Shown here: positions 45,879 through 54,793 of the stretch, one piece after another
Layout: each line of letters opens with the position of its first letter
Numbering within the stretch: position 1 is the first letter of the stretch
DNA from: a virus
Direction: 5' to 3' (one strand)
Length of the DNA stretch: 64,000 nt
Virus record (IMG/VR): IMGVR_UViG_3300029585_000085
Span: 13,133 to 77,132 of that record
Made by a program: the position numbers and the translations under genes
The notes under the pieces: generated by a model
The model's input: only the letters and a program-made list of their open reading frames with translations
Database searches by the model: none
Told to the model about the DNA's origin: nothing

Positions 45879-45971
45879 GTTCTCAAAAAGTGGGGTGGGC
45901 CGCCTTCTTGCCGCCCCTCTCGGGGCATAGTTTGTTGACGACTACGGAGACCGAGAGGCGGCCCATCCCTA
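45878..45971 (-). ncRNA. Nested long hairpin with GTCGTCAACA in its apex and a CACTTTTT tail
   Basis: Stems GGGTGGGCC/GGCCCATCC, CCTCTCGG/CCGAGAGG and TAGT/ACTA. Confidence 0.5.
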
Positions 45972-46334
45972 AAATTCTCCGCCCCAGTATGGGGGCTCCG
46001 AGGCCAAGGCATCCAGCTCTTCCTCGGCCGCCTCTTCGGCGTAGATCTCCTCCTCTTCCGAGATCTCCGCTTCCTCCTGGTCGGCCTCGGCCTGGAGATT
46101 GAGTGGTTCGTACTTCACGAGTCGCGCCTCAAGGTGTGCGACCCGATCGCGTAGCTCTTCGGTGTGGCGAGGGTCGATGGCAACGCCGCAGTGGTCACAG
46201 TACCCAGACTCTGGTGGCTCGGGGTCGGGCATGAAAGAGCTGGGGCCTACCTGCTTGAGATAGTGGACCGACTCGTTGCCGTCCTTGTCGATGTGAACTT
46301 TGCGCATATGGCGCGTTGTGAATTTCTTTGCCAC
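45969..46334 (-). CDS. Hypothetical protein, CxxC and acidic tail
   Basis: 121 aa. Confidence 0.7.
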   Translation of the reverse strand: MAKKFTTRHMRKVHIDKDGNESVHYLKQVGPSSFMPDPEPPESGYCDHCGVAIDPRHTEELRDRVAHLEARLVKYEPLNLQAEADQEEAEISEEEEIYAEEAAEEELDALASEPPYWGGEF

Positions 46335-46336
46335 CG

Positions 46337-46747
46337 TTACCTCATCTTCCTTCTGGCTCTCATCATCCGGTCATGCACAGTGCTCCGTGCCATACCATAC
46401 TTGCGAGAGAGAGCATCAAGCTTAGCCCCTCGGATGTATTCGTCCAAAAGCTGATCGTCCTCGACTAGAGGGCATCCCTTGGCGATGGTCCAGGTCCTGA
46501 CGGATTCTCTCCGGCTGGGCAGTAGCGGCGAACCGCTCAGGCACGCGAGGTAGAGACTCTTCCGAGACAGGTCTGTGCCCAGCTTAAAAAGCTCCACCTT
46601 GACATCCTCCCCGTAGGAGACCCTTGACCACCAGATGTCCGCGGCTGCTTCATTGAACAGGCGGACGGCCTTCCTCTTTTCTGAGTAGAAAAACGATTCT
46701 GGCCCGCTCTCAGGGCGCGGCACCTGGACTTCCCAGGCGAAGATCAC
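46337..46747 (-). CDS. Protein with C-terminal HTH (Mor/sigma region 4-like)
   Basis: GTG 46747 coupled to the helicase stop; LDALSRKYGMARSTVHDRM. Confidence 0.65.
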   Translation of the reverse strand: MIFAWEVQVPRPESGPESFFYSEKRKAVRLFNEAAADIWWSRVSYGEDVKVELFKLGTDLSRKSLYLACLSGSPLLPSRRESVRTWTIAKGCPLVEDDQLLDEYIRGAKLDALSRKYGMARSTVHDRMMRARRKMR

Positions 46748-48282
46748 AGCGTTCCCTCGACCCAGGTGAGCAGCTCTTTGGCGCGAGTGATCGCCACGTA
46801 CTCGATGTTCTCCTCTTCGTCGGCAGAGGCCCACTGCGGCGGCTTTTTCCTGCGGCTGAAGAAGGTGTCCTCCAGGAGCCAAACGCGATCAGCCTCTAAC
46901 CCCTTCGATCGGTGGACAGAGCTGAGGATGATCTTCCGCCCATCGTTGTCCTTGGTGTCCTCGAAGAGCATCTCGATGCGAGAGATGATGGCGTCGGCGC
47001 TGTCCAAGCCGTCCATTAGGGAGCAGAGCGTCTCGTACTGGTCGCTCACGCGCTCGATTGTCGGGAGCCCCTTCTCGCCTCGGAGTTCGGCCTTGGCGAT
47101 CTCGCGTTCGTACCAGCGTTCCAGGGCAGCGCAGAAGCCCTCGAAGTCTCCAGGGGCGATGCGGTCGACCTTGCGAACGATGCCCTTCAGGCCAGCGCCA
47201 ACGTCGCGCCCCTCAATGTTGGCGCGCTTCCCGTCCCGCAGGAGCTTGAGACAAGCAGAGACCAGCGGGGCGTTTGTGCGCGAGAGGATGAAGTCACCGG
47301 GCTCTGCTCGGTCGAGCGCCATCCCAATGTTGGCCTTGGCAACCTTGCCCGCGCAGTTGCCTTCGTAGGCCTTGAAGTCTAGGACCAGGCGCTTGGCTTC
47401 GCGAACGATGTTCTTGCCGCATCGGTAGGTTGTGGTGAGGCCCAGCTCCTTGGCCTTGAGAGAATGAAGTAGGCGGTCCAGGCTCGAAGAGTCGGCCCCG
47501 CGGAATCCATAGATGGCCTGCTTGTCGTCGCCGACTACGGCGATCCGTCCGTTCTTCCGGCAGACGCCCATGGCCAGGTCGATTTGGCTTCGGTTCATGT
47601 CCTGGGCCTCGTCGATGACCACCAGGTCATAGCGTGGGCGAATCCAGCCGTTGCGGACGGGAAGCCAGATCATGTCGTCGAAGTCGATAGTCCCGTCCTT
47701 GAGTTCGCAGCCGACGCGAAGAATCTCGATCGCGGTTCCGGCCAGCCAGGTCTCGTCGTACCCCTTCTCCTCCCACTTCTCGTCGGTCTGGATGTCGAAG
47801 TTGGCAGCCGTGTCCATGGCCAGGCCAAGCTCTTCGGGCTCGACCTCGGCGCCGCTTCCAATCATCGGGGCCGTTGCCTTGAGGACTGCCGCGAGCTTCA
47901 CCGCGTCTTTAAGAGGGGCATCCGGCGCGCCTCGGTGTACTCGCTTTGCGATCCCTAGGGCGCGCTTACCCTTGGTGTCGAGCCCGACTTTCCCCCAGGC
48001 GTTGCGAACAAACCCGAAGCCGACGGAGTGCAGCGTCTTGGCCTCTGCTCCTGGGTGGGTGAGCCTTGCGTCCAGCTCCACCGCGATTTTCTTGTTGAAG
48101 GCAGCCAGCAGAATCTTGCGCTCAGGTGCGTAGGTGACGCCCTCGACGATGGTGGTCGTCTTGCCAGTTCCGGCGCGGGCGCGGACCACAAGGTTGCCGT
48201 CTCCGGCTTTGAACCAAGAAAAGATGGCTCGTTGTTGTTGGCTCCAGTCTTTAGGCATCGGGATTCTCTCCAAGTAGTGCAT
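46744..48282 (-). CDS. UvrD/Rep-family SF1 helicase
   Basis: ARAGTGKTT, VIDEAQD, VGDDKQAIYGFRGAD, TYRC, SVHRSKGLE, YVAITRA. Confidence 0.95.
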   Translation of the reverse strand: MHYLERIPMPKDWSQQQRAIFSWFKAGDGNLVVRARAGTGKTTTIVEGVTYAPERKILLAAFNKKIAVELDARLTHPGAEAKTLHSVGFGFVRNAWGKVGLDTKGKRALGIAKRVHRGAPDAPLKDAVKLAAVLKATAPMIGSGAEVEPEELGLAMDTAANFDIQTDEKWEEKGYDETWLAGTAIEILRVGCELKDGTIDFDDMIWLPVRNGWIRPRYDLVVIDEAQDMNRSQIDLAMGVCRKNGRIAVVGDDKQAIYGFRGADSSSLDRLLHSLKAKELGLTTTYRCGKNIVREAKRLVLDFKAYEGNCAGKVAKANIGMALDRAEPGDFILSRTNAPLVSACLKLLRDGKRANIEGRDVGAGLKGIVRKVDRIAPGDFEGFCAALERWYEREIAKAELRGEKGLPTIERVSDQYETLCSLMDGLDSADAIISRIEMLFEDTKDNDGRKIILSSVHRSKGLEADRVWLLEDTFFSRRKKPPQWASADEEENIEYVAITRAKELLTWVEGTL

Positions 48283-48478
48283 CGATTCTTCGGGCCGCGA
48301 GTTCGCGGAAGTCGTCGTGGGGTTTATGGTGCTTTTCTTCGCGTGGGTCCGAGTATGTGAAGTGTCCGCAGAAGGAGCACTCCCACCGGTCTCCGTCGAA
48401 CCACATCACGCCGTAGCATTTGCCGCGAAACAGGTAGCGGAGCCTTTCAAGCTCCTGGACAAGCTTTAGGTTGGTCAT
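48251..48478 (-). CDS. Hypothetical protein
   Basis: 75 aa, CSFC motif. Confidence 0.6.
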   Translation of the reverse strand: MTNLKLVQELERLRYLFRGKCYGVMWFDGDRWECSFCGHFTYSDPREEKHHKPHDDFRELAARRIDALLGENPDA

Positions 48479-48969
48479 CCTCGCATTAGCTCCTGGTAGT
48501 TGAACTTCTTCCCGAGGGCCTCGTAGATCGAAACGTCTTCGTGGCACTGCATGCGGGTGGGCTTGCTGTTGTAGAGGTAGACGTATTTAGCGACCCGGAT
48601 GTCGCCGCGGACAAACGCCGTCCCCGCTGGCGTGATCTTCCAATACCCGGAGCGCTTGGACCCGTCTTCGCGCTTCTCCTTGTCGGACTCGATGAGCCCC
48701 CAGTACTGGAGCTTGGCCCAGTCTCCTCCGCGAACGGTCGCCGTTGAAACGCAGCTGGATAGGTACGAGGGGACATGGATGAACCCGTCGCCAGGGTTGC
48801 GCATGTAGTGCTTGTGGATGAGAAGGAGAGCGACGGCCATCGAACTGTTGAGCGATCGCTTGTACAGCTTGACGAACTGGCCACAGCAGGGGCAGGTCGC
48901 GCCCTTCTTGAAGTGGCTCCGAAGCCAGGCCTTGGCCTCCTCCAGGGTTGTGAGCGCGTTGGTCTTCAT
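48475..48969 (-). CDS. Hypothetical protein (CPCC, possible winged helix)
   Basis: 164 aa from MKTNAL. Confidence 0.75.
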   Translation of the reverse strand: MKTNALTTLEEAKAWLRSHFKKGATCPCCGQFVKLYKRSLNSSMAVALLLIHKHYMRNPGDGFIHVPSYLSSCVSTATVRGGDWAKLQYWGLIESDKEKREDGSKRSGYWKITPAGTAFVRGDIRVAKYVYLYNSKPTRMQCHEDVSIYEALGKKFNYQELMRG

Positions 48970-49127
48970 TCCGCGCAGGCCTTCATTTCGAAGGTACCCA
49001 TCAGGGCCATGGCTTGGTTGCGGGCTCGCTCGTCCGCGCGCGCCTCGGTGATCAGTCCTTCGCGAACAAGGTCCATGAGGACATCGCGCAAAACGTCGAC
49101 GAGCAGGTCCATATCTTCCCGGCTCAT
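48966..49127 (-). CDS. Small hypothetical protein
   Basis: 53 aa, ATGA couplings. Confidence 0.55.
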   Translation of the reverse strand: MSREDMDLLVDVLRDVLMDLVREGLITEARADERARNQAMALMGTFEMKACAE

Positions 49128-49279
49128 GCCTGCACCGCCCGCGCCCAGAAGGTCCGGTGACCGTAGCCTTTGGCGATCGTCTTCGCCTTGGCCTGCGCGT
49201 TCTCTTCGGTTGCGTAGAAGGTTGCGAGCTGAACTCGTCCAACCATGGCAACCCAGCAAAGTCTCTCGGTCTTTTTCAT
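49124..49279 (-). CDS. Small hypothetical protein, first gene of the leftward operon
   Basis: 51 aa, AAGGGA RBS. Confidence 0.6.
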   Translation of the reverse strand: MKKTERLCWVAMVGRVQLATFYATEENAQAKAKTIAKGYGHRTFWARAVQA

Positions 49280-49315
49280 ATCGGTCCCTTTCTGGGCTGC
49301 TCTCTGCGAGCTGCC

Positions 49316-49410
49316 CCCGTCGTCAACATCATCAATATTCCATACCTCTGAGACGGCATCCATCATTTTCCGCGTATTCTGGACAAAAACCGGATCGGTT
49401 CTGATAGCCT
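49316..49410. promoter_or_regulatory. Second divergent promoter region, paralogous to 40046-40155
   Basis: 21-nt exact inverted match to 40135-40155; shared TCCATC..TTTTCCG..CTGGACAAAA core. Confidence 0.7.
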
Positions 49411-49417
49411 TTTCGCC

Positions 49418-51319
49418 ATGGCAGATAGGCGAATCGAGTACATGGAGTTGAATAGCGTCCTCCCCGCAAAGAGGAACCCGAAGGGCCACGACATCGCTGA
49501 GATCAAGGCCTCGTATAAGCGCTTCGCAGCCCAGGACTCTCCAGTGCTCGACGAGAGGACCAAGAGGCTCCTGTCGGGCCACGGCCGAGTGGAGGCGCTC
49601 CAGGCCCTCAGGGACGCCGGAGAGAACGCCCCGGACGGGATTCGCAACGTGGATGGGCGCTGGTTCGTACCGGTTCAGCGCGGAGGCAGGACGAAAAACG
49701 ACCGAGAGGCAGAGGCCTACATCATGGCCGCCAACCGCCTCACCGAGAAAGGCGGATGGGACGGCGACATCCTGGCCCAGATGCTCAGCGACCAGGAGGA
49801 CTTCGAGGGGATCGGCTGGTCCGGCGAAGACGACCCGGACCTCATCGCGCTGCTCGCTGCCGACGATACCGACCTGGGCACCCTGGGAGACGACGCCGGG
49901 ACCGAGGACGACGAGGAGGATGATGACGATGCGATCCCGCCCAAGGTTGACCGGCCAAAGTTCGAATACGAAGAGCAGCGAGAGGTCGGGCCTCACCGGA
50001 TTGTCTGCTCCGATTGCATCGCGTACCTGCGAACACTCCCCGACAACTCGGTGGATGCCATTGTGACGGACCCGCCCTACGGGATCGGCTTCATGGGCAA
50101 GGAGTGGGACAGCTCGGTGCCTGGCATCGAGTGGGCCAAGGAATGCCTCCGTGTCCTCAAGCCAGGCGGCCACATCGTCGCCTTTGCCTCTACTCGCACG
50201 GTTCACCGCTTAGGGGTCACCATCGAGGATGCCGGCTTCGAGATTCGCGACACAATCTCCTGGCTCTACTGGCAGGGCTTCCCGAAGAACCTGGACCTCT
50301 CCAAGGCCATCGACAAAATGAAGCACAACCGGGATGAGGTGCTTGAGGTGACGGCCTGGATTCGAGAAGCGCGCGACGCCGCAGGCCTCAAAAACACCCA
50401 CATCGATGACGCCTTCGGCTTCAAGGGGATGGCAGGACACTGGACCAGCTCAAAGAGCCAGCCATCTGTTCCGACACTGGAGCAGGTGCCGACGCTCTTG
50501 GAGGTGCTCAAGGTCGAAGAGCCGCCCGAGAGAATCAAGACGCTACTCCTCGACCTCAACGCGCAGAAGAACGAGCCCGGGCCCAACTGGTGGAACCGGA
50601 AGGTTGTCGGCGAGAAGGAGGGCGTGAATACGAAGAAGCAGGCGATCGCAGCCTCTACAGCGGCGCAAGGGATTACCAAGTCTTCGAAGCACACGTTCAA
50701 GATTTCGACGGCGGCAACGGAGAACGCGCAGAAGTGGGAAGGTTGGGGGACAGCGCTCAAGCCAGCTCAGGAGCCCGCCGTCCTCGCCAGGAAGCCAACC
50801 GAGGGCACCATCGCGAACAACGTACTCCGCCATGGTACCGGTGGTCTGAATATCGATGCCTGCCGCTTCGAGGACGGAGACGAGGCATGGCCAGGACCTC
50901 AGAGCGGAGAGGTCGACGGAGGCCGCTGGCCTGCCAACGTCTTCGCCTGCCCGAAGCCTTCACAGAGCGAGAAGAGCGCGGGGCTCGAAGAGTTCGGAGT
51001 CACCTCGGCAAACGAGGTCACGGGGCGCAAGGAAGGGTCGGCAGGGTCAAAAAATCCGCGCGCGGGCAAGACCGGCGACAGTGCGAATCCACATCCAACT
51101 GTTAAGCCTGTGCGCCTCATGAGGTGGCTACTACGCCTGGTAACTCCGCCAGGAGGCGTTGTGATCGACACCTTTCTAGGCTCTGGCACCACCATGGTCG
51201 CCGCAGAGAGAGAGGGGATCGCATGTATCGGTGTCGAGATGAATGGAGAATACGCCGCACTGTCGGAGGCTCGAACACGCTACGCTATTGAGAATGGGAA
51301 GCCGAGGTCCAAAAAGTAG
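49418..51319 (+). CDS. ParB-like domain fused to an N6A/N4C DNA methyltransferase with an internal insertion
   Basis: N-terminal NPK.HD...LSGHGRVEAL; DPPY; HPTVKP; DTFLGSGTT. Confidence 0.9.
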   Translation: MADRRIEYMELNSVLPAKRNPKGHDIAEIKASYKRFAAQDSPVLDERTKRLLSGHGRVEALQALRDAGENAPDGIRNVDGRWFVPVQRGGRTKNDREAEAYIMAANRLTEKGGWDGDILAQMLSDQEDFEGIGWSGEDDPDLIALLAADDTDLGTLGDDAGTEDDEEDDDDAIPPKVDRPKFEYEEQREVGPHRIVCSDCIAYLRTLPDNSVDAIVTDPPYGIGFMGKEWDSSVPGIEWAKECLRVLKPGGHIVAFASTRTVHRLGVTIEDAGFEIRDTISWLYWQGFPKNLDLSKAIDKMKHNRDEVLEVTAWIREARDAAGLKNTHIDDAFGFKGMAGHWTSSKSQPSVPTLEQVPTLLEVLKVEEPPERIKTLLLDLNAQKNEPGPNWWNRKVVGEKEGVNTKKQAIAASTAAQGITKSSKHTFKISTAATENAQKWEGWGTALKPAQEPAVLARKPTEGTIANNVLRHGTGGLNIDACRFEDGDEAWPGPQSGEVDGGRWPANVFACPKPSQSEKSAGLEEFGVTSANEVTGRKEGSAGSKNPRAGKTGDSANPHPTVKPVRLMRWLLRLVTPPGGVVIDTFLGSGTTMVAAEREGIACIGVEMNGEYAALSEARTRYAIENGKPRSKK

Positions 51320-51725
51320 CGCCCCGGGAGGGTACGGATCGATTAGCAAGAAGGGGTACCGGCGCATCTGGTGCTCCGAGCAAAAGCGCCTTCGCATGGA
51401 ACATGTCCTAGTCTGGGAGCGAGAGCATGGGCCCATCCCCGAAGGAATGCAGGTCCACCACAAGGACGGCGATAAGCTCAATAACCACATCGGGAATCTT
51501 GAGATTCTCGATGCTCTCACCCATAAGAGGCTTCATGGTGGCTGTGAGTTTCGAGACGGCGAATGGTGGAAGCCTTGCCGAAAGTGCGGGGAGATGAAGC
51601 CGGTAGATTCTGAGTATTACAAGCGCGGCAAAGAGGGAATCTCATCCCGCTGCCGCGCTTGCTCAATCGCTCAGGCCATCGCCGACAAGAGACGCCGAAA
51701 AGTCCGCCACGCTGTCGGCAGCTAG
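51294..51725 (+). CDS. HNH endonuclease (HNH_3-like) with C-terminal Zn ribbon
   Basis: VHHKDGDKLNNHIGNLEIL; CRKC...CRAC. Confidence 0.85.
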   Translation: MGSRGPKSSAPGGYGSISKKGYRRIWCSEQKRLRMEHVLVWEREHGPIPEGMQVHHKDGDKLNNHIGNLEILDALTHKRLHGGCEFRDGEWWKPCRKCGEMKPVDSEYYKRGKEGISSRCRACSIAQAIADKRRRKVRHAVGS

Positions 51726-52339
51726 CTGAACAGCTCGATCTGTCTGTTGTTCAGAGCTGTGACAAAAATACGGAGGTTGTCTTTGCTCCACAGGGGAAGG
51801 CTTGAGTCGATTGAGTCAGCGCCGATCCTCTGTGCCCACTTGACCCGTTTGGCTGTACCTACGCGGCCGATGTGGCACTGGAGACCTACGGAGTGGGCTA
51901 GTTGAGTCCATTTCTCGCCGGTTCTGATCTTCCAGGGGATAGTGCCTCCAACGAACACACCATCGAAACCCTCTAGTGTATCGGGTGTTATTTTCATGCC
52001 GTCCTGGACGGCCAGGAAGCACGGAGTTTCGGGAAGACCGCCTCGGCAAATGTCCGCCCATGAGCGGCTGAATTCCAGGGATTCGCTGTCCGCCACCTTG
52101 TCTGGGCAGACAACAAAGTCTGGGTTGCGGTCATCCTCTCGGGCCCTATCCATGGCAACGACAAACCTCTCGTCATCGAATTCTTCTCCAGCTTTCCACG
52201 CCGAGAAGGCCGCGTTGTCGAGAAACCAAGGGGTCCGCCTTGGAGGGTATTCCTTCGGCTGAGTGCATTCACCGAATCCCAGGGAGGACAACTCGTCAAT
52301 CAGTGCTCGCGATCTAGTCTGCCCAACGTAAACCCTCAC
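51722..52339 (-). CDS. TGT/DpdA-like transglycosylase-fold protein
   Basis: FLDNAAFS, AVQDG, FVGG, HIGRVG and ADSIDSS match the order of TGT catalytic motifs; coupled to queD. Confidence 0.65.
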   Translation of the reverse strand: MRVYVGQTRSRALIDELSSLGFGECTQPKEYPPRRTPWFLDNAAFSAWKAGEEFDDERFVVAMDRAREDDRNPDFVVCPDKVADSESLEFSRSWADICRGGLPETPCFLAVQDGMKITPDTLEGFDGVFVGGTIPWKIRTGEKWTQLAHSVGLQCHIGRVGTAKRVKWAQRIGADSIDSSLPLWSKDNLRIFVTALNNRQIELFS

Positions 52340-52695
52340 GGCCCTCGGTAGATAGATCCGGCTGTTGGGGTTTCCTTAACCTCTACCTCTGTCACAGGGA
52401 TATGAGGCTGGAGTTTCTTCCAGATCCACTCGGCTAGCACTTCGCTCGTGGAAATCCTGAGACCTTGGACATCGTTGATGAACCTATGGTCCAAGACGTC
52501 GTGGACCAATGTCTTGAAGTGCTGGGAGATGATGGCGTAGTCGATGACCATACCCGTTGAAGGGTCGACATCCCCTTCAACGGTGACGCGCACAAGATAG
52601 CTATGACCGTGTACGTTGTGGCACTTATGCTCCTTCGGAAGGTGTGGGAGGCTATGAGCTGCCTCAAATCGGAACTCCTTGTAAACCCGGATCAT
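52336..52695 (-). CDS. queD: 6-carboxy-5,6,7,8-tetrahydropterin synthase
   Basis: KEFRFEAAHSLP...CHNVHGHSY...LDHRFIN...STSEVLAEWI...ETP. Confidence 0.95.
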   Translation of the reverse strand: MIRVYKEFRFEAAHSLPHLPKEHKCHNVHGHSYLVRVTVEGDVDPSTGMVIDYAIISQHFKTLVHDVLDHRFINDVQGLRISTSEVLAEWIWKKLQPHIPVTEVEVKETPTAGSIYRGP

Positions 52696-53771
52696 TCTTT
52701 GCCTGCCTCCTCTGCTTCAGCCTCTGCAATTTCATCGCGACACGTAGAGCAGGGTGCCCCCGACTTGTCGGTTGGCTTGTCACCGCAGAAGGAGCACATC
52801 TCGTCCAGCTGCTCTTCCTCATCCTCTGGTGGGGGTGGCTTCTCCTCTTCCTTCTCCTTGGGCTCCTCGCCTCCTCGCTCTTGCACGAAGCCCTTCTCCT
52901 TCTCTCGCTCCTGTCGCTTCTCTTTGCGCTTGGCGAGCTTGCCGGCGAGCTTGCTCTTGGGCTTGTCCTCTGGCCCTTCTTCCGGTGCCTCGATGACATC
53001 GGCATCGATGATTGCCTGAGTGTCGGAAGCCATGGTCTCAGTGTCTACGTTGTCGACGTCGACGGCTTGCCGAGCCACTGGGCTCAGTGGCAGCTGGTTC
53101 GCGTGTCGCTTGATGACGAACTTTCGCGCCATCTGCTCTGGCCAAGTGTCCCACGCCGGCGACTTCCCTTTCGCGGAGTTCTTGGCCTTCTCGACGTCGC
53201 TCCAAGGGGCAAGTTCGTAGTCCTCGTCCCCGTCGTGGAAGGTGGCGATCGAGTAGACCGCAACCGGGGCGCCTCGATCTCCCTTCCAACAAGGCGCGTG
53301 GTGGACGCGGCGCTCGCTGCCGAGAAGCATTTCGAAGTCGTCGTTCTCGTGGACGACGTAGGAGCGGACCGACTTGATGACGCCCGATTGGGTCATCAGC
53401 TTGATGAGTCCACGGTAACCGGGCTGTAGCTGCGCAAGGTGGCATTTGGCGGCTTTGTCCCAGTACGGGATGATGTACGCCTCTCCCATCGGACCGGAGG
53501 GCTCTAGGCCAAGTTGGCCAGCCGTGATCAGTGACAAGTAGAGCGACGGCCAAACCTTCGGGTTGTGGAACTTCGGCTCCCGACTAACGACCATCGTCCC
53601 GATGCGAACTAGGTCAAGCTCGGTGAGTCCCGATCCCTTCACGCACCACTCGGACAACTTGTCCGCCCTTGCGTTGAGGAAGTCGCGAGCCTGTATCGCC
53701 GCGGGCGGTGGCTTCTTCTTCTGTTCGATTGCCTGTGTCTGCTTTGGTTTCTCTTCGTTCTTCTTCGCCAT
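52692..53771 (-). CDS. recT: RecT/Redbeta single-strand annealing protein
   Basis: AGQLGLEP...GEAYIIPY...GYRGLIKL...MARKFVIKR. Confidence 0.92.
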   Translation of the reverse strand: MAKKNEEKPKQTQAIEQKKKPPPAAIQARDFLNARADKLSEWCVKGSGLTELDLVRIGTMVVSREPKFHNPKVWPSLYLSLITAGQLGLEPSGPMGEAYIIPYWDKAAKCHLAQLQPGYRGLIKLMTQSGVIKSVRSYVVHENDDFEMLLGSERRVHHAPCWKGDRGAPVAVYSIATFHDGDEDYELAPWSDVEKAKNSAKGKSPAWDTWPEQMARKFVIKRHANQLPLSPVARQAVDVDNVDTETMASDTQAIIDADVIEAPEEGPEDKPKSKLAGKLAKRKEKRQEREKEKGFVQERGGEEPKEKEEEKPPPPEDEEEQLDEMCSFCGDKPTDKSGAPCSTCRDEIAEAEAEEAGKE

Positions 53772-53780
53772 GATGTGTTC

Positions 53781-54185
53781 CTAGTCCTCTGTAAGCTTCT
53801 TCAAGTCGTTCGCGATTCCCTTGGTGAGAGACTCCTTCAGCTCCTTGCTCCAAGTCATCCCCGGTTGGATGTGGCTGCGCACGACCTCGTCTACCTTCTC
53901 TTGTACCTCGTGGGTCTGATCGATGGCCGGAGCCTCGTCCTTTAGCCGGTAGAGTTCGAAGTACTCCTCGCGCCACTTCTCCGCGGCTTCGGACCACCCT
54001 GTGGACCCGTTGCCGTCGCTCCAGTTTGAGCTGTTGGCCATGATGATCCATGCCATTTCAAGCTGGCCGAGAAGGGGTTCGATCTCCGCTGCAATGGCTT
54101 CGACGGTACCCTGTCGCATTGCTCGTTCTGCGATGTGTGCGGCTAGCTTGCTGTTGATTGCCGATTTTTTCCTGTCTTCGCTCAT
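53781..54185 (-). CDS. Hypothetical protein
   Basis: 134 aa, GGAGG RBS. Confidence 0.7.
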   Translation of the reverse strand: MSEDRKKSAINSKLAAHIAERAMRQGTVEAIAAEIEPLLGQLEMAWIIMANSSNWSDGNGSTGWSEAAEKWREEYFELYRLKDEAPAIDQTHEVQEKVDEVVRSHIQPGMTWSKELKESLTKGIANDLKKLTED

Positions 54186-54793
54186 GGCCTCCCCCTGTCG
54201 CGCATCATGCGCAGGAACTCCTTGCCCCAGCTACCCTTCTTCTCGGCGCGCCTGGCGAACTTCCGGTGGAGCTTGGTCATCTCCTTCAGGTTGTCGACGC
54301 AGAGCACATCCCAGATGTCGAACCATGCGTAGTCCCAGGTCTGCCCCTTCGGTGGCTTCCAGTCGAAGATGTCCGCTTGGATGATGGTGATCTTGTGGCC
54401 GTAGGGCTTTGCTTCGTAGTGCTCGCGAACCAATGCGATCACGTCCTCGCTCTTCTCGATGACGGTCACGGAGTCGACATCCTCTCGCTGCGCCACACCG
54501 TGAAGCACCATGCCGATGCCAAGGCCGGCGATGAGGACATCCCCTTTTGCTCGTCGCATTGGGTCGAGGTGGTCCCTAATCTCGTCCGGGGTGTCGCTCA
54601 TGATGAGCGCTCTCCCTCGGTGCAGTTGCGTGTACGTCCCCGGCGGAAGTCGTCCCCTTTCTCCGGCCTGAAACATCGCACGCAGTCCCGCCGCCTCGGA
54701 GTCCTTCTGTGAGACCTCCACGCGCTCGATGCTCCACTTTCCCGATCTACCCTCGGGAACGTCGACCTTGTACTTTTCGTGCCAGGTCATCAC
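54182..54793 (-). CDS. Spermidine-synthase-like/class I SAM-dependent transferase
   Basis: DVLIAGLGIG, VTVIEKS, ADIF, YAWFDIW. Confidence 0.75.
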   Translation of the reverse strand: MMTWHEKYKVDVPEGRSGKWSIERVEVSQKDSEAAGLRAMFQAGERGRLPPGTYTQLHRGRALIMSDTPDEIRDHLDPMRRAKGDVLIAGLGIGMVLHGVAQREDVDSVTVIEKSEDVIALVREHYEAKPYGHKITIIQADIFDWKPPKGQTWDYAWFDIWDVLCVDNLKEMTKLHRKFARRAEKKGSWGKEFLRMMRDRGRP

